Origin: Salpingoeca rosetta
Taxonomy: Eukaryota > Protista > Choanoflagellata
Reading direction: 5' to 3'
DNA length: 64,000 nucleotides
Assembly (NCBI GenBank): GCA_033442325.1
Contig: JAWQFM010000015.1
Coordinates: 599,983-663,982 of the forward strand
Shown here: piece by piece, positions 44,992-57,549 of the stretch
How the letters are laid out: each line of letters starts with the position of its first letter
How positions within the stretch are numbered: the first letter of the stretch is position 1
Program-made: the position numbers and the translations under genes
Notes under the pieces: model-generated
Told to the model about the DNA's origin: nothing
Database searches by the model: none
Seen by the model: only the letters and a program-made list of their open reading frames with translations

Positions 44992-45953
44992 CACCAAGCA
45001 CCAGCGTGTTTGGGCAGTTGAGTGGTGCTTCCAACAAATGGGTGGGCGGTGCACTGGCGGGAAACGGCTTGATCTACGCTGCCCCGTTCAATGCCGATTC
45101 TGTCCTCATCCTCAACCCCACGACCAACACCGCGGACGTCACCAGCATCGCGGGTTTTACGTCCGGTGGCGGCAAGTGGGCTGGTGCCGTGTTGGCGGAG
45201 AACGGGCTGATCTACATGTTTGCCGCTTCTGCCACAAGCATGCTCGTCGTCGACCCCGAGACCAACAACGTGGACGTCACGAGCATCCACTCTCTGCCCA
45301 GCGGTGCCTTGAAGTGGGCCAGCGGTGTGGTTGCCGACAACGGCCTCATCTTCGCCATCCCCTACGCATTCCCATCCGTGTTAATCGTTGATCCAGCCAC
45401 CAACATCACCACCACCATTGCGCTGGACGGGCTCTCTGGGAGCGGCACTGAGTGGTATGGCGGTGTGCAGGCAGCCAATGGCCTCATCTACTGCTTCCCA
45501 TCTGCGGCGACGTTTGTGCTCATCATTGACCCCATCGCGCTCACAGCGGACACCACCAGCATCCAAGGGCTGGAGGCCGGTGCATACAAGTGGCTGGGTG
45601 GCGTGCTCGCGAGGAACGGGCTCGTGTACGGCATTCCAGCACGCGCTGGAACCGTGCTCGTCATTGATCCGACAACCAACAGCATTGACATGATCCGCAT
45701 CGCAAACAGCACCATCACGTCGAGGTGGGCAGGTGGCGCCTTGGCGGCCAACGGCAACATCGTCTGCATCCCTTACTCTTCGACACCCGCGCTCATCTTC
45801 AACCCAGCCACCAACGCGACCACGATGGTGGCTGTGCCGGATGTTGGTGAAGGCCCCGTCGGGTGGTGGGACGGTGTCCTCGCCCCCAACGGCCGCATCT
45901 ACGGCCTGCCGCTCTTCCCAGAGGTTGTCCTGGCCATCGACCCAGGATGCTGA
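44628..45953 (+). CDS. Secreted protein A (intron-free CDS): signal peptide, small beta-rich domain, Gln-rich coiled coil and a 7-repeat (kelch-like) beta-propeller
   Basis: 441-aa ORF with seven ~46-aa repeats of consensus KWxGGVLAxNGLIYxxPxxAxSVLIIDPxTN, ending DPGC*. Confidence 0.88.
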   Translation: MASVLRAAPVLVPVLVLVLVAAACNRCNLQQHACPCMCAAEVVFAEDDAGALHINTSDPMSQPVLVNGVNMGAVFDAVAAQQSMLQAYQSVMDTQQSRISMQQSRIAVQQDRIAALEAEVCTPSTSVFGQLSGASNKWVGGALAGNGLIYAAPFNADSVLILNPTTNTADVTSIAGFTSGGGKWAGAVLAENGLIYMFAASATSMLVVDPETNNVDVTSIHSLPSGALKWASGVVADNGLIFAIPYAFPSVLIVDPATNITTTIALDGLSGSGTEWYGGVQAANGLIYCFPSAATFVLIIDPIALTADTTSIQGLEAGAYKWLGGVLARNGLVYGIPARAGTVLVIDPTTNSIDMIRIANSTITSRWAGGALAANGNIVCIPYSSTPALIFNPATNATTMVAVPDVGEGPVGWWDGVLAPNGRIYGLPLFPEVVLAIDPGC

Positions 45954-45974
45954 TGTGTGTGTGTTTTTGTGCAG

Positions 45975-46064
<90 letters not shown>

Positions 46065-46451
46065 TCTGCATGTGATACTCTTGGGTTCTCTCTTGCTTGG
46101 GCAGAGATAGGTAGTTTAGAATACAACATGAAGTCTAGGTCCTGCACAAACATCCCCTCGAGACAGCTCTCCTGTCTTCTGTCTTGCTTTGCGTGCTTTT
46201 GACTAGGTGTACTTTCATGTGTTGTCGCTTCATGTGTTGCGCCTGTCTATTCGTGCGCGCGCGTGTGCGTAGCGAGTACAGTCCCCTTCCTTCACATTGT
46301 TTGTGTCTTCATCACACTCACTTCACATCAGATCGTGTCAGCCCCATCACAGCAAAACACTGGTTGAGTGTTGATCTCTTCCCAATCATCCAACACTACG
46401 AGCACTGCCACTCCAGAAACTCCCCTCACAACCCTCTTCGCTTGCACCACG

Positions 46452-47142
46452 ATGGATTACGATGACGCCTTGCCCGAGTGGCAGTGCCCGAGCTTTGATG
46501 AGCTGATGGTGCACGCGTGCGAGAACATGCCTGTGGAGGCAGCGACGTGGTTCGTGGAGTCCCTGGCCCCATACCGTGACGCCCTCGCGCAAGGCGAGGG
46601 CACCAAGCGCATCACAATGAAGGCTGTCAGCGACTTGCTGCGCGCGTTCTTCTTGATGCTGCCCGTACCCAACTTCCACCACATCAGCTTCTTCACCATG
46701 CTGCAGCCGGCTTCGTTCCAGGAGAGCAAGGACATCGCTGCACACGCCTGTGGGCCGTGGTCGCCCATGGTGTGGCGTGCCGCCACCCTGGTGTGCGGCA
46801 TACGTGAGATGAAGCGCAAGGCCCTCACCAACACCCTGCCGGACGAGGTGCTGGCCGGCCACAGGCAGACGAAGCAGCCCCTCGTGGAGATGTGGACCAT
46901 GCGCCGTGTCCGCGGCAGCGCGGACGGCAAGGAGCACATGGTGGAGAAGAGCGCCACCGTCGTCGGTGGTCGCTCGTGCCCCGACGACCTTGTGCTTGCA
47001 GTGACGTGCGGCACGGCCGTGTACGTGGTTCGCGTGCCCGCGGACGCCACTGCGGACGACGTGGCCGCCGATCTCACCCGCATTGTCCAGGCAGAAGAAG
47101 AGGAGGCCCAGCAGCCCGGCCAAGGCAAGGAAGCCGCCAACG

Positions 47143-47193
<51 letters not shown>

Positions 47194-48560
47194 TTGGGTT
47201 CTGCCAGCTGACGTATGTGGTGCGTCCAACCCTGATGGCGGCGCTGGGCAGCGATGACACGTGGCACGCCATCTGGGACGAGGTGCAGGACGCAGACTTT
47301 GCCGTCGCCCTGTTCCCTCGCGCGGACAGCGTGGCCCTGTCTCCAGAGAACCCTGTGCACGGCGCAATGGAGTTCATTCGCTCAGGCAGTGAAGGCGGTG
47401 CTGTTGGCGACAAGCACACGCTGTGTGTGCTCCGCGACGCCACTGCTGCATTTGCCTTTGACCATGTGTTTATGGACGGAACACCGGCCATCTTTTTCGC
47501 ATCGCACGTGTACCAGTACGCAGACACGCTCGCGTCCTCCCTTTCCTCCTCATCGCCATCGACGTTGACGGCGCCGACGACGGCAGGGGACCTGCACCGC
47601 ATCGCGCCACCGGCAGGCACGCGCTTTGACGACTGGAGCGATGAGGTGCGCAGCGCTATGCAGGCGGGCATGGCACTCGCCTTGGACCGGGTGTCGGCCA
47701 CGTCGGCGGTGGGCACGCGGCATATCGTGTCCGACGCCTTTGGGCGGGATGCAGCGCGGGCAAAGGGCCTCTCTGTCGACGCGCTGTTCCAGGCGACGCT
47801 GCAGCTTGCACTTGCCGACCTGGCTATCCCCGATCTCAATGGGGTGGCGGAGGTGGTGAGCACGCGGCACTTCCGCAACGGCCGTAACATCGTCATCACC
47901 GCCAACTCTGCTCTCATGGACGCATTTGTGGTCGCAGCCAGGGACGCCCTGTACGCTGATGGTGGCGATGGTGGCGATGGTGGTGATGATGTGAAGGAAA
48001 GGCAGGAAGAAGGCGACAGCAATGACGACAGCAGCGGCAACAGCGATGCTGCTGGAGAGGAGAGGAAGCAGCAGCAGCAGCTCACAAAGGCTGCCCTGCT
48101 GCTTCGCGGCGCCGCGCGTGTGCACAAGGAGCGAATCAAGACACACAAGCGGCGCCCGCCCGTCCTCATGAACTACCTCATGGGCTTTGGCGAGCAGGCA
48201 CAACGCGAGCAGGACGCCACCTCCACCACAACTGCGGAGCCGTTTGACCTGATGCAGTGCTGCCACAACCACTTCATGCGCATCATGATGGGTGCGCGCC
48301 CGCCCGCCTCTCGCTGCGTGCTGGGCGACAGCGTGGCCACCACCAACGGGTCCGACATGCCCGGCGTCGCTGTGTTTGGCGTCTCGCCCTCGGCACGCCT
48401 CGTCCTGGGTTACATCATGCGCGATGATTGCGTTGTGATTGACGCCATCTCCAACAATGCGCATCTGAAGACGCCACGTGGTGTCGCCCTGCTCGACGCG
48501 TTCCCGCGCGCATTCCACCGCGCTGCCCGCGCCGTCGCCGACCTGCTTAAGCTGCTGTAG
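46452..48560 (+). CDS. Divergent choline/carnitine O-acyltransferase family protein, intron-free CDS
   Basis: FDHVFMDG (catalytic HxxxD), GDKHTL (cf. WxDK), LSVDALFQATLQLA (cf. SPDAFIQLALQLA), EVVSTRHFRNGR (cf. ESASTRxFxxGR), ATTN (cf. STS) and LGYIMRDDCVVIDAIS, all in the family's order and spacing. Confidence 0.82.
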
Positions 48561-49047
48561 GCGGTTGCTCTGGTTGCTTGCCTACTTGTTTGTTTGTATG
48601 TGTGTGTGTGTGTGTGTGTTCGTGTGTGTGTGTCTGTCTGTTTACTTGCTTGGTGCCCTTGTTTGTTTCACTAGTTTGCTTGCTTCACTTGTAGCTGTGT
48701 TTATGTATGTCTGTACGTGGTTACATCATGTGCATATATGTGCACGTGTTTGCTCGCTCACATCGTTGCCTGTCAAGTCCCCCCCCCCTTCATGCATAGA
48801 TGTTTCTTCTTTTCGTTCCACCACTGTTGTGTGTCTGTGATGGACATTGTCACATCATGGCACCTGTATCTGGCTTGGTTGTATTACAAATCACATCAGC
48901 CCTGTTATTTGCTTGAGCAAGGCCAGTGGCGTGGCTAACACCTGACCATTAGCGCACGGCATGCTCGGACAAAGGCAATAAATGGACGCTCTAACCGTCC
49001 TGTCAATGCGTATCGAGCTTGGGAGGCTGTGCGAGCATGGGTGTAAA

Positions 49048-49159
<112 letters not shown>

Positions 49160-49209
49160 GCATCCAACACCGAGCCTGTGTATCAACACCAATATCAAAA
49201 TCAAAGGCA

Positions 49210-50532
49210 TCAGCATCCCGGGTCGACGACGAGCACGGTGTCGGTGTTGTGGGGGATACCGTAGATAAGGCCGTTGGGAGCCAACACACCGTCCATCCAC
49301 TTCGCATTATCCCCCGCGAAGCCAGCGAGGGTGCTGGTGTCGGTCGTGTTGCTCGCAGGGTCCAAGATGAACACCGCTGTTGCGCCGTGCGTGATGCCAA
49401 TGACGTTTCCGTTGGGCGCCAGCACCCCGCCGACCCACTTGCCCCCTGCCGTCACGTCTGACACAACCAGTGTGTCCGTGGTGTCGGTTGCCGTGTTGAT
49501 GACGAGCGTTGTGTCTGCTGTGGAGGGGATCGTGAAGATAAGCCCATTGTTCGCCAGCACGCCTCCGTACCACTTGAACGACTGTGAACTGAGGTTTTGG
49601 ATGGTGCTGGTGTCGAGCGTGAGCGCGATGGGGTCGATGATGAGCACGGACGTCGCACTGCACGGGATGCAGTAGATGAGGCCATTGGCTGCCTGCATAC
49701 CGCCGTACCACTTGTTTCTACCGCTCAGCCCGCTCAGGGTGCTGGTGTCTGCTGTGTTTTTTGTCGTGTCGACAATCAGCACAGAATCTGCTGCAAACGG
49801 GACGCCAAGGATGAGCCCATTATCCGCCAACACGCCGCTGTACCACTTGTTGGACGTGGAATCAAGCCCCTGGATGCTTGTGGTATCGGGAGTATTGGTC
49901 TCGGGGTCGACGACGAGCATGCTTGTGGCAGAAGCGGCAAACATGTAGATCAGCCCGTTCTCCGCCAACACGGCCCCAGCCCACTTGCCGCCACCGGACG
50001 TAAAACCCGCGATGCTGGTGACGTCGACCGTGTTTGTAGTCGTGTCAATAAGGAGGACAGAATCGGCATTGAACGGGGCAGCGTAGATCACGCCGCTGTT
50101 GTTCGCCAGAACGCCGCCAAGCCACTGCGCCGACTGCGAGGACTGCAATTGCCCCACCGTGTGCGTTTGCATCTTTTGGCTGCACACCTCCGCTTCCAGG
50201 GCGGCGATCCTGTCTTGCTGCATCGCAATCCTGCTTTGCTGCATGCTGATCCTGCTCTGCTGCGTGTCCATCACGCTCTGGTATGCCTGAAGCATGCTCT
50301 GCTGTGCCGCCACCGCATCAAACACTGCGCCCATGTTCACGCCGTTGACCAGCACGGGCTGGCTCATTGGGTCGCTTGTGTTGATGTGCAGCGCGCCGGC
50401 ATCATCCTCCGCAAACACCACCTCTGCCGCGCACATGCAGGGGCATGCATGCTGCTGAAGGTTACATCGGTTCCATGCTGCTGCCACCAGCACTAGCACC
50501 AGCACTGGCGCTGCTCGCAGGACGGACGCCAT
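49210..50532 (-). CDS. Secreted protein B, inverted paralog of A (7-repeat beta-propeller, intron-free CDS)
   Basis: 440-aa ORF. The N-terminal ~117 aa are almost identical to A, the propeller repeats are partly diverged, and it also ends DPGC*. Confidence 0.88.
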   Translation of the reverse strand: MASVLRAAPVLVLVLVAAAWNRCNLQQHACPCMCAAEVVFAEDDAGALHINTSDPMSQPVLVNGVNMGAVFDAVAAQQSMLQAYQSVMDTQQSRISMQQSRIAMQQDRIAALEAEVCSQKMQTHTVGQLQSSQSAQWLGGVLANNSGVIYAAPFNADSVLLIDTTTNTVDVTSIAGFTSGGGKWAGAVLAENGLIYMFAASATSMLVVDPETNTPDTTSIQGLDSTSNKWYSGVLADNGLILGVPFAADSVLIVDTTKNTADTSTLSGLSGRNKWYGGMQAANGLIYCIPCSATSVLIIDPIALTLDTSTIQNLSSQSFKWYGGVLANNGLIFTIPSTADTTLVINTATDTTDTLVVSDVTAGGKWVGGVLAPNGNVIGITHGATAVFILDPASNTTDTSTLAGFAGDNAKWMDGVLAPNGLIYGIPHNTDTVLVVDPGC

Positions 50533-50825
50533 GCGTCTGGGAAGGAAGGAGACGGTGGTAGGAAGGGAGTGTGGATGAAAGAAGGAAGGAAGGGAATACA
50601 ACGCACAGACACAGAGAGACCATTCACAAGCAAGACAAGACAAGAAGACACACGTGGGTGCGTGGAGTGTGGAGAGAAGGAAGCATCACGTGCATGTCAA
50701 ATCACAACAGCAAGTTCCTCCTCTTCTGCTTTTTTGCTTCTCTCAAATCACACGAAATGGCCAGGTGGGGGGTGTCGGGTAGAGATGAACTATGCGAAAT
50801 TTGCCCGGCAACGGCAAGAGCTTGA

Positions 50826-50896
50826 GCCGTGGTGGTGTAATGGTAACACTACGCGTTGTGGTCGCGTTACTCCCGGTTCGATTCCGGGCCATGGCA
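50826..50896 (+). tRNA. tRNA-His (GUG), copy 2
   Basis: Acceptor stem GCCGTGG/CCATGGC plus A73, D-arm GTGT-AATGGTA-ACAC, anticodon arm ACGCG-TTGTGGT-CGCGT, T-arm CCCGG-TTCGATT-CCGGG. No encoded G-1, as expected for eukaryotic tRNA-His. Confidence 0.96.
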
Positions 50897-50900
50897 GAGC

Positions 50901-50917
50901 TCTTTCTTTTTTTTTTT
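50901..50917 (+). terminator. RNA polymerase III T-run terminator of tRNA-His copy 2
   Basis: TCTTTC followed by 11 T, starting 5 nt after the tRNA 3' end. Confidence 0.85.
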
Positions 50918-51121
50918 CCTTCTTGCTTGTTTCCGCTGCAGTTTTCTTTTTGCGCGCACCACCAACCACAAGAGCAGAAGACGTGCACATCTGCCACCAC
51001 CTTCTTCTTGTGTTCTTGTGTGTTCATTCACATAACGACCTGCACCTGCGCCTCCTCTCATGCTGGCCTGATCTTCATTGCAGTGGACCGTGAGATCTTT
51101 GTTCCTTCGCTGCGACGGGCG

Positions 51122-52759
51122 ATGCCGCGCACTGGCGGGGTTGGCGGTGGCAGCAGCCAACCCCTGCAAGAACAAAGGCATGCGCGCATGTCGCTGCAGG
51201 TGGAGGACAACCCTCACCATGGTGGCGGACAGCAGTTGCCCAATGAACAGGCGGCCTCTGTTTCGCGGGTACGATTCACCACGCCGCAGCCAACAAGCAC
51301 ATCTGTGCACGCGCCACGCACAAGGGATCGCACATCATCGTCGGTAACACAACACCTGAGCGGGCGATCACCGTCAGAGGCTGCGAGCCCCAGCCCCAGG
51401 ACAGCGGGCCGAAGCAGAGGCACAACTACGCCGAACTCATCACTTGGTGCGACCTCGCCAACGCCGACAGCAGCAAATGTGAGCGGAAAGAAGAAACGAC
51501 AAACCCTGTCTGACTTCCGCGTGCCCTTCTCGTTCCCGGGGACGAACCTTCGCAAGCCAAAGCCGCACTCCCCAATAACAACATCCCCGCCAACATCCGC
51601 GTCAACATCAGCGACAACAACACCATCCCGCACCCAGAGTTCTGTAACTGGACGCGGGTATCGACCAACCGGTCACTCCCCAGCACGCCGCGACATGGGA
51701 GCCGCCATGTCACAGCAGGAGCAGCAGGGCGGCCACCACAACGACCATCACCGCTTTGCGCAAGCGGACCCGCACCCACGCGGACCACACCGCCGGCCCA
51801 GCAGCGTCTCGCCTCCACCGGGGTCGCGGCACGGCCAATACCGTAATGAACACGCGCGCGGCTACGACGGCAGCAGCGGCAGCGGCCGTGCCGCGGTGGG
51901 TGCAACCCGTTCCTCTGCGATGGTGGAGGAGGACGAGGACGAGGAGGGCATGCCCCGGTCAAGGTCGCACGCCGACCTGGACGCAGTGCACCGCAAACGC
52001 AAGAAGATGCTGCAACAGCTGGTGAACACGCCAGGCAACCTGTTGAACCGATGGAAGCGGAAGGGCGACGCCAAGGACGGGGCCGATGCGCCGTCGGCAG
52101 CCAGCGATGTCGGCGATGGTGATGATGGTGACGACGAGTGGCGCACGCACGATGAGGATGACAGCGAGATGGGCGTGCGTGGCAGCCAGCAGCCCCAGCG
52201 CAGCGGCCGAAGCAGGACGAGGGGCCGGTCCAGCCACGCAACAAAGGCGCGGTACGACGAAGACGTGGACGCAGTTGTCATCGACAGTCCCCACAGGAGT
52301 GGCAGTCGCTCGCGTTCACAGCAGGAGCAACGCCGGCTGGAGCGCACACGGCACCAGACCCTGCCAGGCAGCCGCGGTGCAAGCGAGCGGGGTGCGGCTG
52401 ACGTGGAGCAAACGCAACGCGGTGGCAGCGCTGCTGGTGGCACTGACGGAGGACATGATGGCGGTGGTCGTGGCGGCAAGAAGAGCAAACACAGGCGCAG
52501 CAAGGGCATTTCACGACTCAGCATTGCACACGTGCGCCACTATCGAAAGAAGGACGGCTCAAAGACCGGGTATGACACGGACAGCGAAGGCTCTGGCTGG
52601 GAGGACCAGCGGGTGGCAGGAAAGGAGAAACGCGGCGGCGGTGGTGGTGGTGACAGTGGTCAACGTAACGAAGATGATGGTGATAGTGATGGTGATAGTG
52701 ATGGTGACGAGTACGACGTGTCTGAGGAAGAGGAAGACGATGAGGATGATGAGAGCTTC

Positions 52760-52791
<32 letters not shown>

Positions 52792-54189
52792 CGATGACGA
52801 TGATGATGATTACGATTATGATCTGGATGCATTGGAGGACAGCGAAATGGCCGACAAACTTCGCAGCATTCGCGTCGAAACCAACAAGCTCAAGTGTGTT
52901 TGTGGGCGTGTGATTGTGTGTGTGTGTGTGTGCGTGTGACTGTGTGTGTGTGTATGTGTTTGCGTGTGTGGTGTGTGTGTGTGTTGCATCAGAGTGCTCA
53001 CTTGTTTCGTCGTGTCATCTGCCTGCGTGGGCACACTTCCTCATGGGCAACTTCCCACTCTTCCCATGATCATCTCGTGTTGCCTCTCGTGCTCAACCTC
53101 CTGTCCTTTCCACTCTCACCCCTTTCCTTTCCACATCCTATCACCACTCCCACGACATCGCCCACAGACAGGACAAGGAAGAGAAGCAGGAGAAACTCGT
53201 CAAGGTTGAGCGCGAATGGGTGCAACTCAACCGCAACCCAGAGTACGTCACACATGTGCACATTGTGCATGTGAATGTCTGACTCTCTGTCTGTCTAGCT
53301 GGCTGGCTGGCTGGCTGTGTGTGGTGACGGACACATTCTGTGATGACAGCTTCTCAGTGATTGATTGGTACCATCGAGGTCACTCATGCTGTCACTTCTT
53401 TGGCATGTGCGTGTGCAGTGCAACTCAGAAAGAGCTGAAGCAAAAGCACAAGCAGCTTGTTCGCTGCAAGAAACAAGTCTCCGATCTCAACAGTCGACTG
53501 CACGTGGGTGGTGACGCTGCCCACCAATGCTGGTGCAAAGCATCGCTGGTGTTGCGTGGCTGCTTTACTCATGCATCTTCTAGGCATATACACACGCACG
53601 CACGCGCACGCGCACGCGCACACACACACACACACACGCACACGCACTCGTATGTCTCATGCGTCTTCACTGTCTGTATGTATGTGTGTGTGCACATGGA
53701 ACAGGAAGTGCGGGAGGAGCGACGGCGCGTCATCGCCAACGAACCGAAACCAACAAAGAAACCGCTCTGTACGTGCAGGCAGTGATGCCCTCATGTCTGT
53801 GTGTCTGTGTGTCTGTGTGTGTGCGTGCGTGTGTGTGATGGCAAACGGTTTTGTCTCACATTTACACACATACACACACACTTACACACACATACACACA
53901 TGCACACTCTCTCTCTCCCTCACCCTCACCCACAACGTACACACATGCACATGTACACGTACAACGCCCTGCCACATGCTGCCCAACTGTGTTTGCAATC
54001 TCCGCCTCAACCAACACCAGCGCGGATCCTGTAAGTGGAGTGATTACGCACATTGGTCGAACTAGACGCCCCTGTTCATTCTATGTGTTTGTGGTCCTTG
54101 GTATTCATGATGCCGTTGTTCTTCACGTTGTCTTTGCGTCCACGTCTGCCACATCACTTTTGCTAATCGCTTACGCGCTGGCTTGTGTA

Positions 54190-54252
<63 letters not shown>

Positions 54253-57200
54253 CTGTGTGTCTGTGTGTATGTGTGTCTGTGTCTGTGTGTGTGTGTGTGC
54301 GTGTGCGTGCCTGTGTGTGTGTGTGTGTGTGTGTGGTTTTCCAGAATGAAGCCCTTCAGCCGACTTCATGAACACGCAACAAAGGACACCCCGAAGGTTG
54401 GAGGAATGCACACTTGACACTCTACCGTGGGCACGTGCCCGTCTCACTCACTCACTCACTCACACCACCGTCCCACCGTCCCCCAACATGACAGGGCTCA
54501 TCATCGCCCTCCACGTCATTGACATCGACCACGCGGCGAAGTGGCAAGCCCTCGTCAACAGCAGCAGCGCTGGCAGCACCAGCAGCACCAGCAGCGGACG
54601 CGGCGTCAAGCAAGGGGTCCCGCTCCCCATCCGTCTCAAGCACGAGCGACAATGCAACCTCACGTGTGCCCTCCACCAGTGCGCTGGCAACAGCAGCAAC
54701 AGGCGCAGGAACAGCAGGAACGGGAACGGGCGATGCAGGGAGGCGTGGTGGCGGTGTTGCGCTGTCTGTGAGCGAGGAGGACTTTCCGTCCACTAGCCAC
54801 GCCCACCGCCAACAGCGCGAGCTGTCCGTGTCACCAACGGTGATGACGGGCGGAGCAGCACCCCGCGCCGTGGACTTGCTGCCGTCCCCAGGTAGCCGCC
54901 TCCGCCGCCACCAATCGGCGTCACCGCGCCCACCGCAGTCCACCTCGTCTTCGTCATCCACGTACGCAGACACAGCGCCACCATCTGGCACAACGGCAAC
55001 AGCACCGGCAACACCGCTGCCGCCCTCGGCTGCAGCGAGAGGCGCACACGTGCGCACGGCAGGGGCTGCCACGCCACCCCACACGCCTGCCATCAGCAAG
55101 CCGACGCCGACGCTGTCAGGCCAGCAGGGAGCACAGGCAACCGCCCGCCCAACGCGAGTTAGTCGGAGCCACAACCGGTCAGCGTCACCCACGCATGATG
55201 ACGGCTCGGGAGTAGCGGGCACGGCACTGCACGCTTCCACCTCTCTTCCGCACTCGTCGCCATATCGACGCGTGTCGACATCGTTTCGCGGGCGGCAAGG
55301 TGGCGATGGCGACGGCGGTGGTGCACGTCGCGGCAGCACACGCCCAACGCGATCGCAATCAGCACTGCACCGCCTGGCTGGCGGCCCCAGCAACAGCAGC
55401 ACCAGCGGTGGCGCTGCTGCTGCTGGGGGTGGGGGTGGGGGTGGGGGTGATGCGAAGGGTAGCCGTGATGGCAAGGATGGTGGCGGCAAGAAGGCCATAT
55501 CGACATACGTGTTTGACCGCGCGCGTACATTTTTCACGGGTGGTGGTCGCCGTGGTGACAATCATGGTGATGGCGATGGTGATGGCGATGAAGGGCCCAC
55601 GCATGGTGGGATGGGTGGTGGTGAGGATGGTGGTGGTGGTGAGGATGAGGACGGGAGGACAGGGCGACACAGACACCGGCAGAGGGGCAGCCGCGACGAT
55701 ATCTTGATAGCGAATGGCGGGGATTACGATGACATTGATGATGATGGTGGTGGTCGACAACTTGGTGCACACGGCCGCCGTCTTGATGTTGGCGCGGAGG
55801 CAGCAGCGCGATCCGTGTCGCCAAGCCGCTCTCTCACGCGCGACGACGCGCATCCACGTCACGCCCACATGACGCAAGACATTGACACACGTGGAGAGCA
55901 GGAGCCGCAACAGAGTGGTGGACGCGACGTCCGACGACCCCGCCGCTCCAGCGCCGATCCATTCACGCCCTCATCACGCCATGCACAGCAGCAGCAACAG
56001 CAGCAACAACAACAACAGCAGCAGCAGCAGCAGCGGTGGCGAATGGGTGAGCTGGTAGAGCAAGCGCAATTCGATCAGCAGCAGCAGCAGCAGTTGCGGC
56101 GGGGGCGAGTGGAGTCGTGGGTGGAGGGAAGTGAGCCTGCATATGGCGACTTTACATATGTCAAACCGTCCACATCATCGTCGACATCGTCGACAACGGG
56201 CACGAGAGGCAGGCAGCGCACCGCAACCGATGATGGTGTGGAGGTGGTGGTGGAGCAAGAAGGAGAAGATGCAGGGGTGCGCCCTCGAAAGGGTAGGGGC
56301 AGTGGTGGCACCGTGTTTGAGCCCGTGCACGGTCGTGGGTTTCGTGATGGTGGCCGTGGTGATGATGGTTTGCATGGCGGGCTGAGGCGACAACACCAGA
56401 AAGAGCCACACCGATATGTAAGTGATGATGAGGTGGTGCAACGACACCACCGCCAGGAGCAGCAGCAGCAGAGGGATGGTGGCGGTGGGTTCGTGGGCGG
56501 TCGGCTTGCCCCTGTCATGGAACAGCAGCAGCAGCAGCAGCAGCACGATGGTGATGAGTTGAAGGACCGCGGTGGTCGCGTGCAGGCATCACATGACACA
56601 CTCAAGCCGCCAGCGAAGGAAAAGAAGAGACATCGACTTCCCGCGAGTGTGAGCGCAGGCCTCAAATGGACATCACAGAGCAGCGGTGAAGTCAAAAGAG
56701 CCATTCGCGATCGCATGACCTCCACGGGCAAGGTGTGTCTGTGTCTGTGTGTCTGTGTCTGTGTGTGTATGTATGTATGAATGTGTATGTATGTATGTAT
56801 GTATGTATGTATGTATGTATGTATGTATGTATGTATGTACGTACGTATGTATGTATGTATGTATGTATGTATGTATGTATGTATGTATGTATGTATGTAT
56901 GTGTCTGTGTTTCTGTATTGAATTGTGCCTCGTATGCACACCATCACTGCATACATCGTCACGAACTCTCCTCCTTGACCACCACCATCATCACCATCAC
57001 CATCATCATCGCCAGGCCCTAGGGTTTGGCCGCCGCAGCAAAACAGCGACGGAGCGGCAGCAGCAGCAGATGCGCGCAGAGACCGCGTCCCCAGCATCCT
57101 CCCTCGGTGGGCACGCAATGTCTTTTTGTGTCTGTGTCGATGTGTTTGTGTCTGTGTGTATCTGCGTGTGTGTGTGCGTGTCTATCTGTGCAGTCCTCAC

Positions 57201-57478
57201 AATATCCACCTTTGTAATGCGCGTATGCTCCTTGCCTCCTCGCCGCTGTGCAAACCCCTCCCTCAAACAACAACAACAACAACAACACGACAGGCAGCGA
57301 AAAGGATGTTGCGCTTGAGCAGCTGCAGTTGGATGCGCAGTTTCTCCTTGGTCAGGTCGACGTGATCGAGACAAAAATTCAGGTGACGCGCGTGTTTGTG
57401 CGTGGGTGTGTGCGTCTGTATTGTGCATGGGTCTGTGTCTGTGTGTTTGTCTGTCTACCTGTCTGTGTGTGTGTGTGT

Positions 57479-57549
<71 letters not shown>

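Larger units (their letters stand above)
50181..50917. repeat. Right arm of the long inverted repeat
   Basis: Reverse complement of 44190-44991. Similarity stops at the end of the Pol III T-run. Confidence 0.95.

Noticed and set aside
46457-48169. 570-aa antisense ORF over the acyltransferase (likewise 8667-9989 and 49597-50496)
   Set aside because: Such shadows are expected from GC-rich codon usage, and there are no recognisable motifs.
53761-53785. C-terminal prenylation motif (LCTCRQ*)
   Set aside because: It is not a proper CaaX, and it lies past a good donor site (T|gtacgt at 53769) that continues the gene in frame.
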